64,000 bases of DNA from the NCBI GenBank assembly GCA_965287045.1, contig OZ336881.1, forward strand, positions 36,890,001 to 36,954,000, given 5' to 3'. The DNA comes from Carcharhinus amblyrhynchos (lineage: Eukaryota). Made by a program: the position numbers and the translations under genes. Under the pieces are notes generated by a model that ran no database searches, was not told the DNA's origin, and saw nothing but the letters and a program-made list of their open reading frames with translations. Shown in pieces: positions 49,833-63,400 of this stretch. How positions within the stretch are numbered: position 1 is the first letter of the stretch; every line of letters begins with the position of its first letter.

Positions 49833-50339
49833 CGGTACTTTCCAACCCTGCCGGCGGCTCGATTGATCCCCTGCCACCGCCCCGCCAAAGGGCATCAGTC
49901 CGCTGTCCGAGGCACATCTCCCTCTCACTATCCCTCCTTCCTCCCTCCCCTCACTTTTAGCCGCCGTAACTTTTTTTTTATTATTTACCGCTCAACTTCG
50001 CCTTCCCTCCTCTTCACTATATTTTTTTGGAAGGTTTTCAAAAACGCTGCAAGTAGATTGTGATTGGGAAAAATCTCGTGCTGAATGTTTACAACAAGCT
50101 GCAGCTCCGCGTGTGCGGAAACCTCATGGAGAAGCCGCCCGCCCCGCTCTGCTCCGCACCGCCAATCCTCCCGGCTCCGATACTCATTCAAACACCGAAT
50201 TAACTCCCCGGCTTAACCCCCTCTGATCGCCCAGCTTCCCCCTCCCCCGGTCACACACCGGGTCCCTCTTCCCGGGGGGGGGGGGAAGCTGGGCTGGAAG
50301 CGGCTCCTTCTCCGGGACACGTGTAACCGAGCAGCCCAG

Positions 50340-50680
50340 AGACAGCGTCCCGGAGCCTGGGAGAGGGGAGCGAGGGGTCCCGGGTATCGAGAGCCGAAAG
50401 AGAGGGTCCCGGAGCCCGGGGAGAAAGAGAGAGAGGGCGAGGGTCCCGGGCACCCAAAACCGGGAAGAGGGTCCCCGAGCCCGGGGAAAAGAGGGCGAGG
50501 GTCCTGTGCGCCAGGAGCCCGGAGAAAGAGAGGGGTCCCGGGCACCGAGAGCCGCGGAGAGGATCCCGGGCACCGAGACCCCTGGGGGAAAGGATCCAGG
50601 GTCCCGAGCAGTGAGAGTCTGAAAGCCTGGTGGGTGGGGGAGTAGTGGGGAGCAGGTTGAGGTCCCGGGGAGGAGAGGCG
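50340..50680 (+). repeat. Degenerate G-rich tandem repeat (GAGGGTCCCGGG core, ~30-nt spacing)
   Basis: About 10 GG(G/A)TCCCG motifs between 50346 and 50670. Confidence 0.7.
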
Positions 50681-53600
50681 GACTTCCCTGGGGCGGCGGT
50701 GTTGGGGCCGGGGCTCACAAGGAAGTTGGTTCCCCACATTGCCCGGGATCAGGCAGCTTTCTAATTTTATTTTAGATTTTATTGGGGGAAACCCGCCTGT
50801 TTCTTGTCAGATTCTCCAGTGTTGCCGTCAGTGTGCGATCTGATGGGAATTCACAATGAAATATTCCGGGGCAGGGGAACGGGACGGTGCTGGCGGGCCA
50901 AACAAAAGGAATACCTGGCGAATAAAGTGCAGTCGCCTTAAGAAGTGGGAGTTTCCCTCGCGTTTTTTTTAAATTTTCCTAATTCAGAAGTGCCGTGAAC
51001 GAGATAGTGAAGTGCAAAATAAGGGGGAGTAAAATGTGATTCCACTTGCCAATAAAGACCATTGACTTTTGGCTTTCTAAAGATTTATGTTTGAGAAAGT
51101 CCAGGTTAGATTGAGTAAATGTAGAGTATTGTACTGCTCGGTTCTTCAAGGGAGATGTCAAGTTGTTTAATGGATGGGGGTGGGGGACAGCGCAGTTGGT
51201 TTGTGTCGCTAGGAGGCAGAGTAACCTCAGGAACAAGTCCAGGCTGCAACCTGTATACGTTTCAACAGTATTTCCTCTCGACGGCTCGCATTTCTTTATG
51301 TCCCCCACCCCCCAGAAAAATAACCGAAAGATATTGAACCCCTCTCCCCCCCCAAAATACTCTTTGCTTCAATGGCCGTTTTCCATACGATGATCTTCCA
51401 GGTAAAGAAATCTTTTTGATGCTAAACTTTACCTGCATGAGGGTTCCAGATGCACTCGCCCCAAATTTCACTGCTTTAAGAGGTATCAAACATCGAATAA
51501 AAGCAATTTTTTTTACAACTGCAATGTCACCCACCCTCTTTCCACAAACGATAAGAAACGTGGAGTAAAAGGGAATTTGTTTTTTAAAAATCAATATAGG
51601 TACTAATACAATACAAAAACAAAGTTTGTTCAGTAATGGCAGCCGGTTGTTTGCCGTGGGGATATTTTGCTTTGACCCACGTGTGTGGAGTGCGGTGATT
51701 CCCGGGCGTTTTATTATTGTGGGGAAGTACTTTGAAACAAAACACAAGCCCGGAACAATGAGGATGTCTGTAGCTTCGGCTCCAAACCAAAGTGTTGGCT
51801 TGTCAAGGCTCAGTGCTCCCGCTCTCTCCCCAACACTTGCAGAGATTTCACCTCGCGCTTTATCTTGTTCGTAACGTTATTGCTATTTGCAAACCCCTTC
51901 TCAAACCGACACTTCCCTACAGTTTTGCGGAATGGCATTTGTATGAAAATCAAGTAAGGCTTCCAACAATTCGCAGCAAGCCGGTCCAGCGGTAGTTGCG
52001 GACGCTTCTATTCAGATAGGAAAATACATCGTGATATTGTTTGGATAGATTTTGACAGCTGAAACTCGAGACTTTATTGGGGACACATTAGTATGCTAGT
52101 ACTTTTTTCTTGGATTTATTGAGAGCTGAAAGTAATAATGTTGAAGCCGCTTGACTCGACTGTATGTATATCTGTTTGAATTACATCCCGTGATTTTCTT
52201 CCTTATCTTTCAATACAACGAATTAAAATAACCGAAAAGGAGCCCAAACTCTCTGACAGCGTTAATATATTTCTTCGCATGATTTGAAACGGATAGTTTC
52301 CACTTTTACATTGTCCAGAACAGCACACCATTTTTGTTTCTGAAACCTATATTAAAGCCCAAAATCATCCTTCTCGAAGTGGTACCATATAAGCCCAGTA
52401 CAAGTAGCAATAAAATTACATCTTCAAATGCATCGAAGTGTAGAATTCTAATACTTGTGGCAATAAAGCTGTTAACTTGGTGAATGGATAGCCCATCGAT
52501 TCTGTAATTCAGTGTATCTGTGTACACATTCTTCTGCATATTTATGATAACATGCTTTACTATTTCACATTCATTGCAAAAATATGTAGGGCTAATCACT
52601 TGGATTAAAGTGCATAACTCATTTAGTATTTTGTGATTTAAAATGAAAAAGTGATTTACTATATGTGGGTGCTTTTTTCTTGGGGTTGCACCACACCATT
52701 GGTTAATGTGAATTCAAATCTATGTGTCACTTGAAAACAAAATATAAGGTTTTTTTCCAATCAGTATTGGAATCTCAGAAAATCATGACAAATAACTGAA
52801 ATAAAGGTGTAACCTTTCTTGCCCCTTCCTCACAAGCCTCTGTTAAATAAGCTTAAAAATAAAGTTTGCAAGATTATTCTTCTACAATTGTATTTCTCCA
52901 TAAAGTGCCAGTGAAATTCTTATCAATTGTCTTGATTTGCCTATATAAATTTCCATTACAAGCAGACATGAATTTGCACTTTTTTACTTTAATATGATAA
53001 TATTTTGAATTTTAAATTTTGTTTGATTTGTAAAATTTTTTTTGGGCACTAGTTTTGATGGCTGTGTCACAACTGGTCACTAGGTGTGTGTGAGGATAGG
53101 GGAGGTGTATTCACGTTTGGTCTAATTAGGAGTTATGAGAAGGATATTGTAAGGTGGTTGCAACTCTCAATACCAAGGAACAAATTTGACTGGTACTGAT
53201 CAAATTCCTTTAGTTGCCAAAATGTTTAGGAAACTTGTATAGTCTGTTATCGTGGAATTAAAATCTTGGTGTGATTCTTTGCGATATCAGGTAATTAAAA
53301 CCAATTTATTAGCTTTCCTTGGAAAAGGGCTGCAAGTGGTTGTAAAGGGAGGGCAGCTTTTCCAATGCTATTAACACTTACGGTAAAATATTAATAAATT
53401 AATGCTTCTATTTAGTGCAGCTAAGTGTCAAAATAGGTATTTGGGGCTCCCACCAAGAGCCTTTAACAAAAGGAGGAAGAGAGGCAATAGCTTCTGTCAC
53501 AAAGCCCATCCTTGGCATGTAGAGTTATGTAATGTAAAGCTACCAGCTGTTTGAACGAGCACTAAAATTGAAATAATCAAGCCAGTTCCTCCGTGCTGAA

Positions 53601-54085
53601 CAAATCCCTTTATTTCTACAACATTAAAATAATCAAAAATAATTTTGAGGAGGAGAAAAGCAGCTGAAAAGTCCCCTCTTGCTGTAATACCACTACACTC
53701 TAAATATGCCCAGCCTTCCCAAAGCAATCAGGTCAATTATAAGGGAATGTGAAGTAACACCACATATAAAACAATTACTCATTTTTCACTGGCATGTTTT
53801 ACTGTGTGTGGGTAAAGATGATGCGATCCAAATCAGATACTGCTTTCCCTAAAACTTCTGTGCTTTTGTGCATAAATTGCCATGCACTAAGTTTCCTGGA
53901 GAAGCTGCACAGTTCAGCAGGAGGACAGAGACCTTCCCTCCAAATACAGCCTCTCATATTCATTCTGTTATTGATATAGCCCTGTGGGGAAAGTTGAAGA
54001 AGAAAGATTAAAGTTAAAGTTGCTTGTTGAGAAGAATTGTCTGATTTTTTTTGCTTTTTTTTCCTCCCCTGTTCCTCTACTGTAG

Positions 54086-54418
54086 CTGATTCCCTGGAAG
54101 CCATTCTCACAGATGAAGAAGAGGAACATGGCACCTTGGGAGCCCCTGAGGGTGACCACGACCTCCTTACCTGCGGCCAGTGTCAGATGAATTTCCCACT
54201 GGGAGACATTCTGATCTTTATTGAGCACAAAAGGAAGCAATGCAATGGCAGCCTCTGCTTGGACAAAGCTGTGGATAAGCCACCGTCACCATCTCCCAGT
54301 GAGCTGAAAAAGGCATCCACACCTGTCGAGGTTGGCATACAGGTCACACCAGATGATGATGATTGCCTTTCTACATCATCGAAGGGAGTTTGCCCCAAAC
54401 AGGAAAGCACAGCGGCAG
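54086..54418 (+). CDS. BCL11A: BCL11A coding exon 2 (C2HC zinc finger ZnF0)
   Basis: Polypyrimidine tract plus TAG| acceptor and GCAG|GTAAAA donor; 333 nt, phase 1-1, in frame with exon 1. Translates to [71 protein letters not shown]...[27 protein letters not shown]. Confidence 0.98.
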
Positions 54419-57400
54419 GTAAAAAATACCAAACACAATATCAAACCAAACTAACATCCATACACAAACAGAAATAACCAGAGAAAAACACAAGCCTTGT
54501 ATCCTTTTTTTCCCCTGTTTTTGCTTTAATCAGAGTGCTGCTGCTAGTCCCTGAGTCTCTATCAGCTGTCAGCATTTGCACTGTAATTAAACATAGCCCC
54601 TTGGCAAAATGACATGGGTGACCTTGACTTTAAGATGCCATTTATACTCGCCAGGCCAGAGTTAAGAGGGCAGTTGCTGAAGCGCACAGACATGCTTATT
54701 CGAAAGTTTAAGGGCATGTTAGAAATTTCAAAGGTTGGTTTGACAGGAAAGGCCACTCGATGCACCAAGTCTCTTCAGTGGAATGATAAATGCCTCTCGC
54801 ATTCTCTCTGTTTTGTGATGTGGTTCTGACAGATGTATCTTGATTTTTCTTTCTGCTGTGGTTTCTCCTGCTACATTTCACCCTCTTGTGCTGTCTCTTT
54901 CTCTGTCACTGCATGAGTGTTGCTCTCCCTATCTCTTTCTCTCCTTTTTGTTTGCGTTTGACTCTCCTCTTCCTATCTTTCTCTCTCATTCTCCTGATGT
55001 CAAATCAAAATTCACCAAATTTTATTTACTTAAGAGTTCTTGCAGAAATTCCAGTTTTTCTTTTGAGTGGTTAAATTTAGTTTTTCTTTAAATGTGATTA
55101 GTATTTTTATAGTTAGTTATCCAGAATATTGGTAGCAAAAATAGCACTGTATAAATTCAAATCATTATCCTTTTAAGTTCATACTGAGTGTAAATTATCA
55201 CTGTTACAGTGCTCAGTTCTCTTAACTCTGATATGAAATAATCAAATCTCTGTAAATTCTCTTTGCTAGTGCTTTGTGATGGGAAATACAAAAATAAAAA
55301 TTGAATGAATTATTCCTTGTTTTTAATGAAAATGTTTTTAATTTGGGGGGAAAAAATTAGAGAGCTTAGAATAAATGTGTGTCACGATTCCTTGTTGCTG
55401 AGTCGTCGTTGGAAATCTTATTTTCCTTTTATTAAAAATATTAAGTCTGTATGCACATTAGTTCCTTAACCACTGAAGCTGTATCGAATCTAATTTTATT
55501 ATAATAATTATAGTTTATAATTGCTTAATCAAAGATGCAAAATCACAAAAAAACTTCGATATAGGAATGTATTTCAGATATTTATTTAATGATATTTAAT
55601 TATACAGGAAGATATCCAGCACATACTTACAGGAGAAAAATGCTTTATTTAGATTGAAAATGTAATTCAGGCTTTTACCTCCTTCAGTTGACTTTTTTCG
55701 TTCACTGTTTAGATAAATTATGTTTCTACTTTTTCTCTGAAGATTTAGTGGGTTGCATTATCATTCCAATAAATGTGAAGCTTCTGTATTGCAGTGAGAA
55801 GCGAGTTAGAGATTCTTTGCGGGGACAAATAATACAGCAACCATTTATATATGTTGTCTGAGATATGAAGGAAAATGAATACAAATACAGGGCATGATTA
55901 ATGAATCAGGAGTCTGGCGGAAGGGGCTTCTAGCCTTTAGAGACTGAAAAAGCCATGCTAAATGGCCAAATATGGAGTATTGCTTAAGTGATGCAACCTC
56001 CTATTTACATATTGAGGAGAGCAGCTCAAAAGACATACCACACAGACACCGTCAAACAAATGTGATCTAGATTGCTCAGAATGGACCCTGAAAGTCTAGA
56101 GTGCACAGTAGATTTATATGCATTGGATAGGCACATAGATATGCAGTAGGACAACATGCGGTCACACTCACAAATAGGGTGTATTATATATATAATATAT
56201 ATATGATACTTGATTCGCTTGAGAAATGGAAAGCAAATAATGTTGCCTTGAGACGTGTGTTTTTGGGAGTTAAATGGTGGAAGATGTTTTGTTCAATCAG
56301 TATCGCTCATTTATTATTCAAAATTGTAAATATTTGAAAATTCTGTAACAAAATTCTATAATGTGGCCTTTAATAATTTTTATATTTTACACAGTAACTG
56401 TGTGTCTACACATATGCTAGAGCTCCCTGCCCTGGCACTAAGTGATAGAAAAGTTAAAATTGTTTCTCTTGATTAATTTGTTGTAATTTTACAGCCTATG
56501 TTCACAAACTTGTTTTTTCTGTCTGTGTTGATAATGTGCTTTCATTTTACTAAAAGATCCCTGAGAAATTGCTAGCATTCTGACCAAGGTGTCATGTTCA
56601 AGTTTGTCATTGCCAGTTGTGGAAGATTGTAAAGGAAGTGCAATCATGGGCTTTTTCATTACATTAAACAGATTGACCATTAAACAGTTTATTTATTGCC
56701 CATTTTGATGGTGGTGGTGAGCTTTGTAGTGTACACGGTATGTTTATTCTTAGTGATGTAGGAAATAAACATTGTATTTTTGTTACTTTAACCAACTTGA
56801 CAATAGATTGTGCTTTACTTTGATAAATCAGGTTAGATTAAAGTTTTATTGTATTTTCAGCTTTGTAAAAAATTAGAAGCAAGGCTGGCTGCCTAATGTG
56901 GTACATCATTTGTTAGCCAGGGTAATCAGCCACTGTCTTAGGATACCATCCTAGCCAGAAGCGTCTGCACTCCGTTCTCTTTGTTGTAATTAGCTAATTG
57001 ACAAATATGAAATTAAGTGGCGAGTTTATTTTATATATTATTCAGTTTTAAAAAGTTGTCAAAAGAATTGCATTATGTAGCAGATAATTTACCATCTGAA
57101 TTTTTATATTCATATTGGCAAGCCTTTGTGAAATAAAGGCATTTAGTGCCTAGTCGGCCATTTCCTGGCACCACGCCATTTCTTTCCCTAAAGCTCGAAG
57201 CACTGGGCATCTTGAGCGTTCAGCATCGTGCTCTGTGCTGGTTACGTATTGAACACTGGTTCAACAGTACTGACCAGGGCCACTGGCTTCTTCTCATTTT
57301 ATGATGTTTTTTTTTCTCTCTCAGTGATTTGGCACCAGTGTCTTGACATGTTCCTTATTCAGTGTCTGAGAGACACCTTGGCACGGGAAAGAGCAAGGTG

Positions 57401-60400
57401 CAGGGTGGATGAGGTCAACCTAGATCCCAGCAGGGTTTTAGTGTTCTTCATTTGCCTTTACAATCAGAGCTCAATTATCAAGCCTGAGTGTGGCCCTCAG
57501 GTGTGAGCTCAGATGGGATCATGTAAATGTCCTGTGAGATGCGATGCTGTAATATTAATGTTATTCATGAGTGCACAGTAATATTGTTCTGCACTGGAAG
57601 TGGCAGCTCTGGGTATGCCACCTTTTGGGAAATGGGCACAGCCCTTTTTTTAATAGAAAGAAATAAGAATTCTCCTGCAATGTTTCACGGTCGTATGATG
57701 AATGTTGATGAACAATAAATAAATTGCAATTTGCAGCGCATTGCCAATTTTTTTTGCTAGATTGCAAGTTGTCAGCAGTGTTTGTTATAGTGCTGTCTAC
57801 ATTTGTATCTGAGCAGTAAGATGCTTTACGAGAGAAGGCACCCAAATTCAAACCACATTTGAAAATAATCATTCTGATCATTACTTTAATATTTTTAATA
57901 TATATTTCCTTAAACTAAACAACTGTCGTCTGTATTGGCTGAAAAACATGATGCCAATTAGCTGAGGCTCATTCAGCGTGACGTTAACACATTCTGTAAG
58001 ACTCTCAACGCATATTTAACTGGGAAGTTGTGCCATTTTTTATGACAGTTTAATGTAGTATCCAAATAAGCCAATGAATCGTTTCAATAATGAGGAGAAT
58101 ATTATTTGATCTTCCAAATAAACAGTGACTGCAGCCTTAGTATGTACGTGGGGGAAGGGAGAGGAAACCGGGGAAGTGGATTTTCTTGTTGTGCATTATA
58201 AAGACAAGTAGTTTGTTGAATCAGCTCTCAATATCAGTTGTCTATTAATGTTGAATGCTGATTTTAATAGAAGACCTGTTACTTGCTTTACGCATTTGAT
58301 TGTGGCATCGTCCAACATGGAAAGCCATTATTGTTCTTTAAGCTGAGAAATCAGTTGGCTTGGATTGGCAGTGAGAAAGATGGAGAGACTGAGATCAACT
58401 CTCTTCTAGATATTTGGAGAATGAAGGGTTATTACATGGTGAGCTCCTGTCCTTGGGAAGCTGCCTTATTCTTGCAATGTCATTAATGTACAAGAGCAGC
58501 AGAAAATTTAGAATGGATGCCTATGAGTATCATGCTCTCAACTTGTGGATTTTCTTTTGAAATTCAGAAATGATTGTTGCTATTTTGTTGGCGTAATGGC
58601 TTGTCATTTCCTTCTCATTTCCACAGTTCTCTTTTTGGGTTGGTGATTTGTGGAATTCCATGATAAACCCTAATAGAAAATAACACCACTGGGGCAAAAT
58701 ATTACAGGGTGTAAACATTTATGTGTTCACAAATTAACTGTCAAAGAATTGTGAAAATTTTGCACTCTTTTACTTAAACCATTGTAGTATCTGCTCATTT
58801 TACTGCCTGCCTCCCAGCATGTAATCTTGCTAAATATTCTGATAAGATTACAGGACGTGTACTGAAAGGTGTTAGGCACTGAATGAGTGAAGTGTGGGGT
58901 GGTCATGAATATGTTAGCACACCTAACATAAACCAAAAAATTGAAATTTATTTGCCCTTGGTGCATGTTGTTGTGGAGATACTCCTATCAAATGCCCAGT
59001 GGTTGTAAAGTGATAGTGCAACAATCTATGCTGTAGTCTTATCACGACTGTAACAGCAGTTTTCAAGTAAGCTAATTGCCTTTATATATAATATATATAT
59101 ATAAATGTGTATGTGGGACACATTGTTAGATATTTTGTCAGGATTCTAAATAGAAGTTGGGATCCATGGATGCTAATGTAATTGTTCTGGTGTTTTTATT
59201 GTTCCTATGCTTTGGCTTGACGATCCTTGCTTGTAGAAAGCTTAGATTAACAGACCTAATATTTTTGTCATTAAAAAAACTTAAAGAAATGGCTTAGAAT
59301 AACCTGCACTTCCTGGATGAATCTTGCTGNNNNNNNNNNNNNNNNNNNNNNNNNNNNNNNNNNNNNNNNNNNNNNNNNNNNNNNNNNNNNNNNNNNNNNN
59401 NNNNNNNNNNNNNNNNNNNNNNNNNNNNNNNNNNNNNNNNNNNNNNNNNNNNNNNNNNNNNNNNNNNNNNNNNNNNNNNNNNNNNNNNNNNNNNNNNNNN
59501 NNNNNNNNNNNNNNNNNNNNNNNNNATCAGGCTGGCTTGTCAGGATGCTGCAGAAGAAAAGGTGAAAATTGTTTGTATCGCCAAGATTTGAGTATTTCGG
59601 AAAATTGATGATGTAAATTAAAGCAGTGCTATTTTTTCCCTCTTTCCTCAAGATTGAAAGTTCACCAAGAGATTCGACATATTTAATTTACATGATGACT
59701 TTTCACTCCTTTATTAATGTAATTTGCATATGAAGCTGTTGTTAATCACTTTTGATCATGTTTTCTGCATTAGCACAGAAGCTGCCTCTGTGGCTCTTTT
59801 CCCAAAGATGCTGTAGTCAAAAGCTGCAAGCCGCCTGCTTCCTTCCAGTTCTGCTATGCTGAAAGCACGCTTCAAAGTTGTTAATATTCAGTGGAGAAAC
59901 AGTATCCAGAACACAAATAAATTATTAAGTGCATGAACTTTTTAGACAGTAAGATGAACTGATGGGGTCCATCTGTGAGTTCCAGGTTTTTTTTCTGTGT
60001 GCAGCCCTATCTGACTTCGTAGCCTTTGGTCCCAATCCAAGTGCATGCATAATTGATTCCACACGCGCTATCATTTTCTTGATGTAATTGCTTTAGTAAG
60101 ATATGATGAAATCTAATAGATGATTTACATTTTTCCCCTTTCTTAACAATAAAAAAATTAAAACTGGAGAGGATAGGGGGCCAGATGAAAGGTCCAGTGA
60201 TGTTACAATGTGAGCAAGGTGCCCCATTTCACATTATTTGTTCCACTGTTGCGTGTCTGCGAGGCAAATAGAATGGCTCAACTTTGACATTATGCCCTCT
60301 TTTTTGCAACAACATAGTTAAATGCACTAAACTAAATGCTATTATTTTTTATAATTTCATAAAAATGGTTGTTATGCAATTTGGGGGAAGGAAAATAAAA

Positions 60401-63400
60401 AGCTCCCTTCCTTCAGTGATCACTGATAATGCAGGAACACTTTAATATATTGGAGATTCGTTAGTAATTGTTTAAGCCATTGAATACTGCCATGCCTCAT
60501 AACAGAAAAAGCTAAGCGGACTATATTCCCAGTCTTTGATGGAGACAATCCAGCTCTGAAAAGTTGTAAGATTTGTAGTTCTGTTACTTCAGTTGGAAAT
60601 TTTAATTCTGTGTTTATAAATACATTTTTGAATTGAAAGAGCCAGTTGAAGGACTGTAGGATCTGTTTTGATAAGGTAGCTCTATACCAAAAATTTCTCG
60701 ATGTAAAGAGGTTTGATGACAGTTGAAATTCTATTCAAATGAACACAGGTTGAATGCTTGTGGCTCCTGTTTGGATCGAACAATAATTACTTAAGGTGCA
60801 ACCGTTGAATGTAATTCCTCCTGAGCAGTTTCCCATTCAGTATATTGCGTTAATTTGGGAATATTGCTCCTTGGGCCTTTTTTTTTGAAGTTGAGCAGTG
60901 TATTCCAGTAGATATTGAACTGTTTTCAATTGCTTCAATCTCCTCTTCTTGTGGTTTGTGATTCTCACACTAAAGGGAAACCAGCTTGGGTTGAGTAAAC
61001 ACGTGAGAGTTGTTCTGTCCTGTGTATTGCTGCATTGTGACTTTCCTCACAAATCCAAATTGAATCAATCGAACTCAGCAAATAAACATGGGTAATTATA
61101 AACAGTCTAATAGCTTTGGATTATATGGACGTTCCTTAAGATTTTTAATTTGATATTTGCTGGTTAATTTTTAGTCTTGATGAGTCCACTTCAGATGTGG
61201 TGGTACAGATAGTACGAGGCTGAGAGAGACGATGGGTGTCGCTGCTCAAAGACTGTGTGAGTAGCGACATCGGTTTGAATCGGTCTTTAATAAATCAGCT
61301 TATTGACAGCTTGAGTCCGACCTGTTTGGCTGTATGCTCCCTATGGTAATTTCCCTAGTTCAGATCAATCTGAATTGGTTTCCCTGTGCAGACATGAATG
61401 GATTCAGCTCACTGCATGAGCTGTTAATGAACCAATCTGTGCACACTAGCACAGAAAATGGTTTATCTAAAATAAACCACCCCCAGAGTAGATTTATTAA
61501 AGATCAATCTGAACCTGATGCTGCCCTAAACGTGCACAGATACAAGTGATCAAGAGCAAAATGAAGTACTTTAAAGTCTCTAATGTACACAGAGGCAAGC
61601 AGAATTAGGGACCTGTGATGCTAGCAAGGGAGGGAAGGGCGTGCGTGTAAGGGCACAGAATGAATAGTGTGTCAAAAGCTTTTTTTCTAGCAAGGTGAGT
61701 TTCAGTAGATGAAATGCTTTCCAAATTTATTTTTCATTAATAAAACACTCCAAGTGAGTGAGGACATCCTAAAATAATTAATCAGTTTTCTTTCTCTGGA
61801 TCATTAGTAGCAGCTTTCAAAATCTATTACTTACAATTTACTTTTTTTTCAATGGAGATGGGCTTTTATTTTACATTTCAAAACTGAGAAGAGGAACTGT
61901 TCACTTTCTTTTAATATATCTTTGTGTTTTTCCTTCTCCTTCAGCTTTTTATTAAACCTGACTTGGCCGGGAGGGGCTTATGCAGAGCGGTCAAGCACAT
62001 CTGCTCGTCTGAAGACAGTAAAGAAAAAGGGTTAGCAGCACAGGGGCAGCAGCACAAAGGGAAATTGTACATTTGAACCATTAGTCTCTTTAGCCTTGGT
62101 GCAGCCAGACTGGTTTAGCAGACAGAATGATAGATTGCTTTGTCATAGGTCCCAGGGTGTGCCCTGAACTTGAAGCACTTTGTTTATCCCGAATAGAAAG
62201 GGAAAGGCAGACATAATCTATGTCTAGCTTTTAGGAGCTGAGAGGTAGAAGAGCACAGTAGACTGGCAGGGTTGATGAGAGCTTGGGTTGCTGGGGGGAG
62301 GGGGTTGTTGGGAGTGGAGAGGAATGGGGGGGGCCTGATGATGGCTGTCCATTAACAGATGAACTTGGCTTAGATCCAGACTTTTGATGAAAGTGTCCTA
62401 GTCAGTGAGCAGCTTTTTTTTTCTTTACCTGCTGACAGTACATTAATGCTTCTGGGTCTTTTGGCTGAGGGGGGGAGAAAAAAACGACACGGCTCAATTT
62501 TTATCTTGGAACCAGTTGAGACTGGTCTGCCTGGCCTTGCGGGCGGGCTCTTATCGTCTTTCCCGGCTTACGTTGTAAAGACTTGTGATAAAGCCAATAA
62601 CCTGAGGGCTCTGGGTGGGGGTGGGGGAAGTGGGGTGTGGGGTGGTTCTGGTATAGAGAGGGAGGGAGAGAGAGAGAGGAGGAGGGAGGGTTTGATATTT
62701 GTAGAAGCAAATTAAATTGAGAGTCTTTAGCAAATGGGAGAGGTTGAACTTGCCCTATAGAAATCATCTACAAACTAATCCACACGTGGTGTCTTGAAAC
62801 GTGATGTGACAGCAAAGGGAGGGTGAGTACTAGGACAAAAGGATGCTTTGTAATTGATGGACACAAGATTGAGGGAAAGTGGGTGAAAAAATGTTTTAAA
62901 GGAGCTGGCATTGACTTCTGGAACATTGTTTCACGAACAGGATGTGGAGCTGTTGGTGAGGTGTTAGCAGGGCTGCATTGTTCCTCTAATCCCAAAGAAA
63001 TAATACACAGAAAATCAATGACCATGACTAGTGATAATTTACAGTACTCTGAGTGCTAACTACTCTAGTGCTCGATGATGAGCTCCCAGCACAAAGAGCA
63101 GCTCTCCAGCATTTTATTTCTGTCACTATGCATCATGCCTGCTGTAGGTCATCCTTTTAAAAAAAACTCTCAAAATCTTAACGCTGTTCTTGTATAATTT
63201 ATGAGTACCTTCACACGCTGAGGATTTTTATTGCAGTTTACTTTTGGTGTGTAGGTGGGAGCCTCACAACAATGATATCAATTCTTGTTTCATGGAAAAC
63301 CTTTTTTTTGTTTTATATTTTTAGTTCTCTGATCAGCTTAACGTGCTGCTAAGAATGGAAGGAAATGCCTCAGGTTCACAACCAAAAATCTAATCAATAC

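Larger units (their letters stand above)
48300..51000 (+). promoter_or_regulatory. BCL11A promoter / CpG island
   Basis: GC- and CpG-rich around exon 1. Four inverted CCAAT boxes (ATTGG at ~48314, 48391, 48415, 48503) and CRE half-sites at 48544 and 48564. Confidence 0.75.

Noticed and set aside
49014-50063. Three long overlapping + strand ORFs (268-349 aa)
   Set aside because: Artefact of the stop-free C-rich minisatellite in intron 1. The same three peptides cycle through all frames.
50184-50739. Overlapping minus-strand ORFs of 129-174 aa
   Set aside because: Low-complexity Pro/Gly/Ser translations of a GC-rich degenerate repeat.
48730-54418. Assignment as BCL11B
   Set aside because: [32 protein letters not shown] and the 5' UTR blocks are all BCL11A-type.
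54037-54477. 146-aa single-exon ORF
   Set aside because: It is BCL11A exon 2 plus in-frame intronic flanks. The true boundaries are the splice sites at 54086 and 54418.
59271-59651. ORFs spanning X runs
   Set aside because: Created by the N gap.
40800-63025. TGACCA (BCL11A's own motif) sites suggesting autoregulation
   Set aside because: About ten sites in 24 kb is roughly what a 6-mer gives by chance on two strands.
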